Source of the DNA: Candidatus Saccharimonadales bacterium
GTDB lineage: Bacteria > Patescibacteriota > Saccharimonadia > Saccharimonadales > EFPC-124
NCBI GenBank assembly: GCA_035457345.1
Contig: DATIBT010000033.1
Span: 2,390-66,389, forward strand
Length of the DNA: 64,000 nucleotides
Reading direction: 5' to 3'
Under the pieces are notes generated by a model, which worked only from the letters and a program-made list of their open reading frames with translations, was not told where the DNA came from and ran no database searches. The translations under genes were made by a program, and so were the position numbers. Positions within the stretch are counted from its first letter, which is position 1. Each line of letters starts with the position of its first letter. Of the stretch, positions 47,047 to 54,675 are shown in pieces.

Positions 47047-47424
47047 ATGCTCATCGCCACATTTTTCGCATGGTGGTACGGCGTTGGCTGGATGACGTTA
47101 GTGCAAAAAGTAAGCGGCCGGGTGACTGGTGTGCTTAGTTTCTTTTCCGTTGGGCAGCTTTTGACGAGTTTGTTCGCTCCGTTTAGGCAAATATCTGCGG
47201 GTAGAGTGCAAGGCCCTTTGGGGGTCATTATGCGAGCATGGGTTGACCGCTTATTCTCGCGCGGTATTGGGGCGATTGTCCGCTCCCTGCTTATTCTTAC
47301 GGGGCTTTGTTGCGCTGCCTTTTACGGTGTTCTTGGTGTTGTCATGATTGTGTTTTGGCCGGTCCTGCCAGTGTTGCCTTTGCTTGGGTTGGTCTTAATG
47401 ATTTCAGGATACAAAATTATATGA
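47047..47424 (+). CDS. Small hypothetical membrane protein
   Basis: 125 aa, hydrophobic; its stop overlaps the start of the Clp-like ATPase (ATGA). Confidence 0.3.
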   Translation: MLIATFFAWWYGVGWMTLVQKVSGRVTGVLSFFSVGQLLTSLFAPFRQISAGRVQGPLGVIMRAWVDRLFSRGIGAIVRSLLILTGLCCAAFYGVLGVVMIVFWPVLPVLPLLGLVLMISGYKII

Positions 47425-49817
47425 AACCCGGGCTTGACCTTAGTAGCTCGCGCGCGCAACAAGCCAGATTGAGTTTGGCAATTGCCAGGCCGTTGATTCG
47501 TGCCAGTCTTATTGTGGCGTACCTTTTTGGCATGGGAGTGGGGCTGTGGCTAGTAGTGTTGGGCCATGCCTCTGGTTGGCTGCTTGCGACATTGGCCTTT
47601 TGGCCGGTTATGCCCCTTGTGTGGTACGAATGGTGGCTGAAAGAATTGCCGCCACCAAAACGTGCGGAGAGCGTTGATGATTGGCTCGAGCCAGAACTAC
47701 TCGGCAGACTCAAAGGTAATATGTCTCCGCAACAGATTGCAGAATTGACCATGCGTACCAATGGCGGCTTGTTCTTTATGGCACGCTTGGGTATTGGCCC
47801 GAATTTCTTACGCGATATGAGCCCTCAGAACGCTGCTGAAAGCCAAGTGGTATGGCAAAACGCCTTGCAACTGCGGCATGATCTACAGCTTAAACAACTG
47901 TCTGCTCCTGTGGTGGCTGCGGCATTGGTGCGGTCCATGGCTAATCGCGATCAGCTGTTGGCGCGGCTACAGATAACATTTGAGGACGTACTGTCCGCGG
48001 TTCGTTGGTACCATCACATTGATGATTTGCGCGAGATGCACAGCCGCCGGCGTAACGATGGCGGCATTGGCCGCGACCTAAGCTTTGGCTACACAAACAT
48101 GCTGAGCCGGTTTGCTACTAACGTTAGCCAGGCAGTGGGAAGGGGTGGTCTTACCCGTGAACTCGAGGCGCATCAAAATATCCTCGACCAGCTTATACAA
48201 CAGCTCACCACGAGCGGGCGACGCAATGCGGTACTCGTGGGTCCAAATGGCGTAGGTAAGACAACGCTCGTGTACGCCTTTGCTGAACGGTTATTGCAAG
48301 ATGCCAAGCAAGTGCCGCCGGCATTGCGCTATCGTCAGGTTATGGCGCTCGATCCGGCAAGCCTTATCTCGCACGCGCGGGGCCGCGGTGAGCTCGAGGC
48401 GTTGCTGACACAGCTACTCAACGAAGCGTACGCCGCCAAAAATGTCATTCTTTTCTTCGATAACGCCGAGCTTTTTTTCGGCGAAAGCACTGGCGCAGTA
48501 GATGTGCGCAATATTTTGTTGCCAGTGCTCGAGAGCGGAGCGATTACCATCATCTTGAGTATGGATGAACAGCAATGGCTCAAACTGGGCCGCACTACCC
48601 CAAGCCTGACACAGCAACTTAGCCGCATAAGCGTGCAAAGCCTCAATGAATCAGATACCCTGTTGGTCTGCGAAGATAAAATCCTGGAGTTTGAGTACCG
48701 TAGCAAATCCATATACATGTACCAGGCCATGAAGACCGCGTATCGCCTTGGTACGCGTTATGTGGCCGACATGGCTATGCCTGGACAGGCGCTCCATATT
48801 TTAGAGGCAGCCGCTCAACACGCTGAGGGTAAACTAGTAACTGCCGCAAGTGTCGAGAAGGCCGTGGAGCAGCTGTACGGTGTTAAAGTCGCCAACGCGC
48901 GCGGGGGTGACGAGCGCCAGATGCTACTTAACTTGGAGAATCTCCTCCACGAGCGCATGATCAACCAAGTAAAGGCTGTGGCCGCTGTGGCAAATGCCCT
49001 ACGCCGCGCACGGAGCGGCGTACGTAACCAGAACCGGCCAATCGGCAGCTTTATGTTCCTCGGCCCGACTGGCGTGGGTAAAACCGAACTCGCCAAAGCA
49101 TTGGCAGCGGTGTATTTTGGCGGCGAAGACCACTTAATACGCCTCGACCTCAACGAGTTTGGCCGCGCCAGCGACGTTGGCCGCCTTATTGCTGACGCCG
49201 CCACCGACCCCCTTAGCCTCACCGCTCAAATTAGCAAGCAGCCGTTCAGTGTGGTTCTGCTCGACGAAATTGAAAAAGCGCACCCTAATGTCCTCAACAC
49301 CTTGCTGCAACTACTTGATGAAGGCATTATGCGAGATGTTAATAACCGCGAAATCAGCTTTCGTGACGCCGTACTTATTGCCACAAGCAACGCTGGCGCC
49401 GATCGCATTCGCCAATATATAGAAGCTGGTTATGAGCTGGAGCAATTCCAAAAAACATTCGTCGATGAGCTCATTAACGCCGGTCTATTTAAGCCCGAAT
49501 TCTTAAACCGTTTCGACGAGATTGTCGTATTTAGGCCACTCAAAGAAAACGAACTCCTGCAGGTCATTGACCTCATGCTGGCAGGCGTGAACAAAACGCT
49601 GGCGCAACAACAGCTATCGGTGCACGTTGCAGACGATGCCAAGAAGGTGCTTGTAGGCAAAGGTAACGACCCGCGCCTTGGCGCCCGGCCTATGCGCCGT
49701 ATTGTGCAGCGCACCGTAGAGAATATTGTGGCCAAACGATTGCTCGAAGGAGAAATTGCGCCCGGCACCACAATTGAGATATCATTGAGCGACATACAAG
49801 GAGCACTAGAAGAGTGA
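47421..49817 (+). CDS. Membrane-anchored Clp/Hsp100-family AAA+ ATPase (two nucleotide-binding domains, ClpB/ClpC-like)
   Basis: Two N-terminal TM helices. D1 Walker A GPNGVGKTT. D2 Walker A GPTGVGKTE, Walker B VVLLDEIEKAH, sensor/arginine ATSN...RP.FLNRFDEIVVF, ClpB_D2-small. Start at ATG 47421 overlapping the upstream stop. Confidence 0.75.
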   Translation: MKPGLDLSSSRAQQARLSLAIARPLIRASLIVAYLFGMGVGLWLVVLGHASGWLLATLAFWPVMPLVWYEWWLKELPPPKRAESVDDWLEPELLGRLKGNMSPQQIAELTMRTNGGLFFMARLGIGPNFLRDMSPQNAAESQVVWQNALQLRHDLQLKQLSAPVVAAALVRSMANRDQLLARLQITFEDVLSAVRWYHHIDDLREMHSRRRNDGGIGRDLSFGYTNMLSRFATNVSQAVGRGGLTRELEAHQNILDQLIQQLTTSGRRNAVLVGPNGVGKTTLVYAFAERLLQDAKQVPPALRYRQVMALDPASLISHARGRGELEALLTQLLNEAYAAKNVILFFDNAELFFGESTGAVDVRNILLPVLESGAITIILSMDEQQWLKLGRTTPSLTQQLSRISVQSLNESDTLLVCEDKILEFEYRSKSIYMYQAMKTAYRLGTRYVADMAMPGQALHILEAAAQHAEGKLVTAASVEKAVEQLYGVKVANARGGDERQMLLNLENLLHERMINQVKAVAAVANALRRARSGVRNQNRPIGSFMFLGPTGVGKTELAKALAAVYFGGEDHLIRLDLNEFGRASDVGRLIADAATDPLSLTAQISKQPFSVVLLDEIEKAHPNVLNTLLQLLDEGIMRDVNNREISFRDAVLIATSNAGADRIRQYIEAGYELEQFQKTFVDELINAGLFKPEFLNRFDEIVVFRPLKENELLQVIDLMLAGVNKTLAQQQLSVHVADDAKKVLVGKGNDPRLGARPMRRIVQRTVENIVAKRLLEGEIAPGTTIEISLSDIQGALEE

Positions 49818-50353
49818 AAGCAAAATTTGAACAATACCTGGGGCAGTTAGTGTACGGAGCGATTGATGGCTCGGTGACAACCTTTGCGGTTGTGGCTGGA
49901 GCTGCAGGCGCTAAGCTCGGCTCGACGGTCATAATTATTTTAGGATTCGCTAATTTAATTGCGGATGGGTTCTCTATGGGCGCAAGCGCATACCTGGCCG
50001 CCAAGTCAGAGCGGGATCTTAAACTCAGCAAAGATGAAAATCATGAAGGCGGTGAGACGCCGGCTGGCGATGGCATTGCCACGTTTACCTCGTTTGTAGT
50101 GGTTGGCTTTGTGCCAATTATCGTCTATGTTGTTGATGCGTTATTGGGTAGCAAGGGTGACTCAATAATTCTCTTTGCAATCAGTTGTTTCCTTACTGGT
50201 GCGGCCTTTATGGCGATTGGTATTGTGAAGGGGCAGATGACTAAAACAAATCAGCTAAGGGCAGCGCTCGAGACATTGCTGCTTGGCGGTATTGCCGCCG
50301 GCTTGGCCTATGCGTTGGGCGATGTGCTGGGCCGGGCATTAGGCGGTAGTTAA
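49814..50353 (+). CDS. VIT1/CCC1-family (vacuolar iron transporter-like) membrane protein
   Basis: N-terminal motif LVYGAIDGSVTTFAVVAGAAGA and a GFANLIADGFSMG helix typical of the VIT family; ATGA overlap with the upstream gene. Confidence 0.65.
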   Translation: MKAKFEQYLGQLVYGAIDGSVTTFAVVAGAAGAKLGSTVIIILGFANLIADGFSMGASAYLAAKSERDLKLSKDENHEGGETPAGDGIATFTSFVVVGFVPIIVYVVDALLGSKGDSIILFAISCFLTGAAFMAIGIVKGQMTKTNQLRAALETLLLGGIAAGLAYALGDVLGRALGGS

Positions 50354-50436
50354 CAATCTTTAGAAAAGGCGAAAGGGCCGGGACGCATAGAGTGCCACGG
50401 CCCTTTCGGACATCGGTTTGTATACGCGAGTCCGCG

Positions 50437-51237
50437 CTAGTTCCCTTGGGGTGCTAGCTCACGCCTTCGCTTGCTTGCACGGTCGGCCGCGACGCCATAC
50501 GCAACCATCAGTAGGATGGTGATGGTGATTCCTAGGCTGACCATCCACGCGCCGAGTGTTCCGCGGGCACGGAATCCTTCCCGCAGTAGGAATACGGCGA
50601 TGAAGTACTCCCACACCTGGACCTTCATGGTGAGGCGCATCAACAGGACGCTAAATCGGAAATCAAAATCCGAGTAGGCCGCCCAGTACTGTTCTGTCCG
50701 ATCTTCTAGTACGGCCACCAGCTGGCGCCGGTCACGCCGGCACCACCAGGGGATGGCGTCGGTAACACGCAGGATGATGATTGCGTCGAGTACGCCGCTT
50801 ACTCCTCCGGAGAATGCCCACCGGACACACCACCAGCGCCACCATAGCGGATTGGCATACCGTGCGAAATCTTCGCGGCCCGCCGGTGTACTTTGGGTGG
50901 CGGTGACGTAGCGCCAGCAGAAGTTGCGGGCGTACTTGATGACAGTCTGGTGCCGCAGGGCACTATCCCATATGACGCCGGTCGCCAGCAGGGTGATACC
51001 GATTGGCCACGCCAGCTTCCAGCCGTCGAAGGCCGGATGCCAGACGGGGTAGGTGGACCAGACGCATGTCATGAGCACCAATAACCAGAAGGCAGTTTGC
51101 ACCGACCGCCGGTCATCTCGGAACTTCGCCGACCATCGGTCGACCACGTACGGCGCCCGGCCGATACCGAGCACTGAGCCTGCGAAGCGCATTGCGCCTG
51201 CAAAACCCATCAGCTGTTCTCCTTGTTCTATTGGCAA
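50437..51237 (-). CDS. Hypothetical Trp/Arg-rich polytopic membrane protein on a GC-elevated segment
   Basis: 266 aa, several TM helices, about 58% GC versus about 49% for the surroundings; no family recognised. Confidence 0.3.
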   Translation of the reverse strand: MPIEQGEQLMGFAGAMRFAGSVLGIGRAPYVVDRWSAKFRDDRRSVQTAFWLLVLMTCVWSTYPVWHPAFDGWKLAWPIGITLLATGVIWDSALRHQTVIKYARNFCWRYVTATQSTPAGREDFARYANPLWWRWWCVRWAFSGGVSGVLDAIIILRVTDAIPWWCRRDRRQLVAVLEDRTEQYWAAYSDFDFRFSVLLMRLTMKVQVWEYFIAVFLLREGFRARGTLGAWMVSLGITITILLMVAYGVAADRASKRRRELAPQGN

Positions 51238-51318
51238 GCTTGCTAGGCCTAATGACTATAAAATATATGATATTTATAGTCAATGCTTCTAACAGATGTG
51301 ATATAATATCCTCTGCCT

Positions 51319-51393
51319 GCGGGTGTGGTATAACGGTTATTATTCCAGTTTTCCAAACTGGCGACGAGAGTTCGACTCTCTCCACCCGCACCA
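51319..51393 (+). tRNA. tRNA-Gly (anticodon TCC)
   Basis: Acceptor GCGGGTG/CACCCGC, anticodon stem CCAGT/ACTGG with loop TTTCCAA, T arm GAGAG-TTCGACT-CTCTC, discriminator A, CCA encoded. Confidence 0.8.
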
Positions 51394-51395
51394 AG

Positions 51396-51426
51396 AAAAA
51401 TAGCCTACTTCATGTAGGCTATTTTT
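51396..51426. terminator. Perfect 13-bp hairpin (aaaaatagcctac-ttca-tgtaggctattttt) between the convergent tRNA-Gly and tRNA-His; bidirectional terminator
   Basis: Inverted repeat with flanking A/T runs read in the sequence. Confidence 0.55.
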
Positions 51427-51428
51427 CT

Positions 51429-51506
51429 TGGGGCGAATGATGGGGTTCGAACCCACGGCCTCCGGAGCCACAATCCAGCGCTCTAACCAGCTGAGCTACA
51501 TCCGCC
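51429..51506 (-). tRNA. tRNA-His (anticodon GTG) with encoded G-1 and C73
   Basis: Reverse-complement reads G(-1)-GCGGATG-TA-GCTC-AGCTGGTTA-GAGC-...loop TTGTGGC...-T arm-CATTCGC-C-CCA. An extra 5' G opposite discriminator C73 is the tRNA-His identity element. Confidence 0.85.
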
Positions 51507-51625
51507 AAGTAACGGAGCCTATTATATCAGTTTGTTTGCATGTTTAACAGATGGGATTTAGTGTTTTCTTGGAATACGACCAGGGGAGAGGTGCTTGGGG
51601 CCGGCGCTGGTCCGGCCCACTCGCG

Positions 51626-52168
51626 TCATGCTTTGAGGTAGGCAATGCCGGCCTTGCGCAGTGCATCTTCGATTCCTTCGACCATGTCCGGGGTCATGTC
51701 CGGAATCTCGCGCAGCTCTGCTGGCGTCCAGCGGCGCAGGAACTCTACCGAGGTGATACAAGTTGCTATGAGGACGTTCCATATTGGGTCACTTAGTTCC
51801 AGTTTGTCTTTCAGGTCTTCCCTGAGCAGTTCCTCCGGCGTGACGTCTGCGAACCTGAGACCCAACTGCTTCATGAGGCTGAGGATCACGAGCATGGAGT
51901 TGTGGTTCTGACCGATCATCACCCAGAAGTGACGGAACGCCATGTCTCTGGCCCGGTCCAGCGTGTACCACCACTCGGGCCTGAGCGGGTTCAAGCAATC
52001 GCTCAGCGGCACGTAGTCGCCGATGCGGATTTGATCCGCCGGCAGCGGCTCACCTTTCTGGCCGAGTGGCGTAAATTGCAACCCATGCACGGCTGCAGTC
52101 GCAGCAATTTGGTGTACTGCGCCCTCGCCGAGAGGCTCGCCGGTGATGGTAAGGTGAAATACGGGCAT
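51626..52168 (-). CDS. Hypothetical protein with C-terminal RNA polymerase alpha-subunit CTD-like helix-hairpin-helix domain (paralog 1)
   Basis: The C-terminus LELSDPIWNVLIATCITSVEFLRRWTPAELREIPDMTPDMVEGIEDALRKAGI matches the alphaCTD pattern. Start at ATG 52168 preceded by GGAGG-N6; the annotated ORF begins at an upstream TTG. Confidence 0.5.
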   Translation of the reverse strand: MPVFHLTITGEPLGEGAVHQIAATAAVHGLQFTPLGQKGEPLPADQIRIGDYVPLSDCLNPLRPEWWYTLDRARDMAFRHFWVMIGQNHNSMLVILSLMKQLGLRFADVTPEELLREDLKDKLELSDPIWNVLIATCITSVEFLRRWTPAELREIPDMTPDMVEGIEDALRKAGIAYLKA

Positions 52169-52195
52169 GGTGCCCCTCCAATCCTGGTCGAGCAA

Positions 52196-52224
52196 ACTAT
52201 ATCATTAATAAGCAATTCTAACAA
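52196..52224 (-). promoter_or_regulatory. Sigma70-like promoter of alphaCTD-like paralog 1 (TTGTTA-17 nt-TATAGT)
   Basis: Hexamers with 17-nt spacer read on the minus strand; a near-identical promoter precedes paralog 2. Confidence 0.45.
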
Positions 52225-52380
52225 ATTTAGCAGGTGGCTTGTCCTGGGCGGCCACGATGATTATACCTTCGCCCGTTTGAGGAGCGGCTTTGTCGCACAG
52301 ACAAACTTTATTATTGTTTCCGGGGTAATTGACCAGGGTGGAGCATTCGCGCTGGCGGGGCCTGCAGCCCCGCCGGCACG

Positions 52381-52938
52381 TCACTCGCCTGCGAGCTTGA
52401 GTCCGAGCAGGGCCAGCTTACGTCGGATCTCGCCAATGCCTTTGTCGCCGAGGTTGCGGAAATCGTTCAGGTCGCCTTTGGTCCAGAAGCTCAAGAAGTA
52501 CATCGATTTGATTTTTTCGCGGTCGAGTACGTTAAATACTCGTACGCTGAAGTTCATGTCGTTGATGTCGTTCGTTAGTAGCCGTTCAGGGTCGGCGTCG
52601 GCGAATGACGCATCGTTGTCGCGCATCAGCCTGATGATCTGGAAGGCGGCCTCGAGGCAGGCGTCATTGCGGTGTAATAGGGTGGTGTTCCAGAACTGCC
52701 TGAAGGTGACGGCTTCCAGGTCTGCCACCGTGATCATGTTGCCTTGCTTGAGCCGGCTGGCTATGCCGTCTGGCAACACGACATGCTCGGCAATGACGAC
52801 CGTAGCTCCTTGCGAGATGTAGTCCTGCCCCTCCACTACCTCCACTTGGAAACCGACTTGACGCGCGAGTGAAATGACTCGCCGCGACGGCGCGCCCGCT
52901 AGTTCTGCACCGCCCGAAATCGTGATAACAATTTCCAC
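52381..52938 (-). CDS. Hypothetical protein with C-terminal RNA polymerase alphaCTD-like domain (paralog 2)
   Basis: The C-terminus FSVRVFNVLDREKIKSMYFLSFWTKGDLNDFRNLGDKGIGEIRRKLALLGL closely follows the alphaCTD consensus (L.VR..N.L....I..i.dL......eL....N.G.KSL.EI...L...GL). Probable GTG start at 52938 after GGAGG-N6. Confidence 0.5.
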   Translation of the reverse strand: MEIVITISGGAELAGAPSRRVISLARQVGFQVEVVEGQDYISQGATVVIAEHVVLPDGIASRLKQGNMITVADLEAVTFRQFWNTTLLHRNDACLEAAFQIIRLMRDNDASFADADPERLLTNDINDMNFSVRVFNVLDREKIKSMYFLSFWTKGDLNDFRNLGDKGIGEIRRKLALLGLKLAGE

Positions 52939-52965
52939 TAGGATCCTCCATCCTGGTCGTGGCAA

Positions 52966-52994
52966 ACTATATCATCGCAAAGAAATAATTACAA
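52966..52994 (-). promoter_or_regulatory. Sigma70-like promoter of alphaCTD-like paralog 2 (TTGTAA-17 nt-TATAGT)
   Basis: Duplicated about 30-nt promoter/5'UTR block shared with paralog 1 (…atgatatagtttgcNcgaccaggatNggagg…). Confidence 0.45.
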
Positions 52995-52997
52995 TCA

Positions 52998-53073
52998 TGG
53001 CGCCCCGGGTAAGATTCGAACTTACGGCCAGAAGCTTAGAAGTCTCCTGCTCTATCCACTGAGCTACCGGGGC
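52998..53073 (-). tRNA. tRNA-Arg (probable anticodon TCT)
   Basis: Reverse-complement reads acceptor GCCCCGG/CCGGGGC (7 perfect bp), T8 A9, D arm GCTC-AGTGGATA-GAGC, anticodon loop CTTCTAA (one mismatch closing the stem), T arm GTAAG-TTCGAAT-CTTAC, discriminator G, CCA. Confidence 0.75.
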
Positions 53074-53127
53074 CTGATTGTAGTATTGTAGCAAACTCTT
53101 TTGTAGAGTCGCGTATAATACAAGCAT

Positions 53128-53718
53128 ATGCTATTTGACACCACGCCCCGGCGACGGTACGGTTGGATATTGCCCCTAGTGGCCGTGATTGCGGTTGGTG
53201 TTGGATTATATCTGTTATTGTTATCGACGGCACCATCTTTGCCTGCGATATCATTGTTTGGCATGTCAGATGTTGATATCGAGGCGTCGTTAGCCGAAAA
53301 GCCTGGTGCGCGTGGCGATCGTTTATATATTCCACAACTCGCCATCGATGTGCCTATTGGCGAAGAAGAAAATGCTTTGGAGCGTGGCGCCTGGCACCGC
53401 GTACCTGAAAACGGTAATCCAATTAAGGGCGGTAATTTTGTGTTGAGCGCGCACCGTTTTGTCATAGGTTGGACACCGCAGCAGACGCGTAATAACTCGC
53501 CATTTTATCGGCTTGACCAGCTGCTGCCGGGTAATCTCATTTATGTTGATTACAAATCTAAGCGTTACACGTACCGGGTGGACCGGTTGTACCCGGTGCC
53601 CTCAACAGCTACTGAGATTGAGGCGCCGAGCAACGCGGCAAAGTTAACGTTATATTCGTGTGATTTACGAGGTGAAAGCGCTGGGCGGTTAGTGGTCGAG
53701 GCAGTGCCGCAGCGGTGA
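53128..53718 (+). CDS. Sortase family transpeptidase
   Basis: N-terminal TM anchor, catalytic His in NFVLSAHR, catalytic Cys in LTLYSCD, conserved Arg in GRLVVEA. Confidence 0.8.
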   Translation: MLFDTTPRRRYGWILPLVAVIAVGVGLYLLLLSTAPSLPAISLFGMSDVDIEASLAEKPGARGDRLYIPQLAIDVPIGEEENALERGAWHRVPENGNPIKGGNFVLSAHRFVIGWTPQQTRNNSPFYRLDQLLPGNLIYVDYKSKRYTYRVDRLYPVPSTATEIEAPSNAAKLTLYSCDLRGESAGRLVVEAVPQR

Positions 53719-53772
53719 GGGCACGGCCCGGGCTGCTGGTTGGAGCCAGTCCCCGGGCCGTACACGCCGATT

Positions 53773-54627
53773 TTAATGACGGCGCCTTATCCACTGGTTG
53801 CCGCCGCTGATGGGCTTGGCTGTTGCGAACCGGACGGGCGGCCGCAATTGCAAGGTGCGCTTTCCGATGAACCTATCCAATAGTGACTCAACCTCTTTGA
53901 GCACGGGAATGGATGCTTCACGCGTGTTCAATAGTCGGTCAATGATCGATCCGCTGAGCACCACCTCTCGCTCTGGATGTGTCAGAATCAGAGGCACGAG
54001 CGCCCATTGCACGAAGTTGCGCAGATGAAAGTGTTGCCATTGCTCTTGCCGAATGTTGCCGAAATCGCCATTCGCGAAGTCCCGCAGCCCAGCTGCGCCG
54101 ACCAACAGGTCTACGCAGCACCCTACGCCGCACGGGCAGTTCAATCCATTCCCGGCGTAAGGTGCTGGGAAGTGACCGATGGGCACTCGTGTAGCAGCCA
54201 GACTGTCGCTTGCGGTAGTTGCCGCCGTGATGCCGGCATCCCACGATACGCAGGTGAGAGCCTTTGGGGAGCTAGTGCCAGACAGTTCTCCCGCTAGTAC
54301 GGCTTCTGCTGCCTCGCAGACGCTCACCGGAATGTCACCGAGTGCTTCCTTCAGGTTCATCTCCACCGTCGGGCCAGCCCAATTTGCGTACAAGACACCC
54401 ATACTGAGCACTCGCCTCATAGGAGTGAGCGCCGCGGGGAGCACAAGCACCGCCTCTTCCGGCGGTACGCTTCCCCACGCCGCCTGGGCCGCCCGGGCAG
54501 TGTTTTCGAGCCAGGTCCAGTAATCACGGTTTGTGGGAAATGTGCGGTCGCCAGCAAGCCCGCCGGGAGATGGAATGCCAAGCCGTGTGTTGCTCACGTC
54601 AACGGCAATGACAAGTCGTCTTGTCAT
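53773..54627 (-). CDS. ROK-family protein (sugar kinase/regulator-like) on a GC-elevated segment
   Basis: N-terminal LVIAVDVSNTRLGI (actin-fold phosphate-1) and a Cys-rich zinc motif CPCGVGCC resembling the ROK CxCGxxGC signature; about 60% GC. Confidence 0.55.
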   Translation of the reverse strand: MTRRLVIAVDVSNTRLGIPSPGGLAGDRTFPTNRDYWTWLENTARAAQAAWGSVPPEEAVLVLPAALTPMRRVLSMGVLYANWAGPTVEMNLKEALGDIPVSVCEAAEAVLAGELSGTSSPKALTCVSWDAGITAATTASDSLAATRVPIGHFPAPYAGNGLNCPCGVGCCVDLLVGAAGLRDFANGDFGNIRQEQWQHFHLRNFVQWALVPLILTHPEREVVLSGSIIDRLLNTREASIPVLKEVESLLDRFIGKRTLQLRPPVRFATAKPISGGNQWIRRRH

Positions 54628-54675
54628 GGGTGCATCACCTACCTTCTAAGTGGATGACGCTACTATACAATAGTT

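Noticed and set aside
52170-52195. TTG starts for the two alphaCTD-like ORFs as given by the ORF track (52195 and 52965)
   Set aside because: Both tracks begin at TTG inside a conserved promoter/5'UTR block; each has GGAGG-N6 followed by ATG (52168) or GTG (52938) a few codons downstream, a far better translation start.
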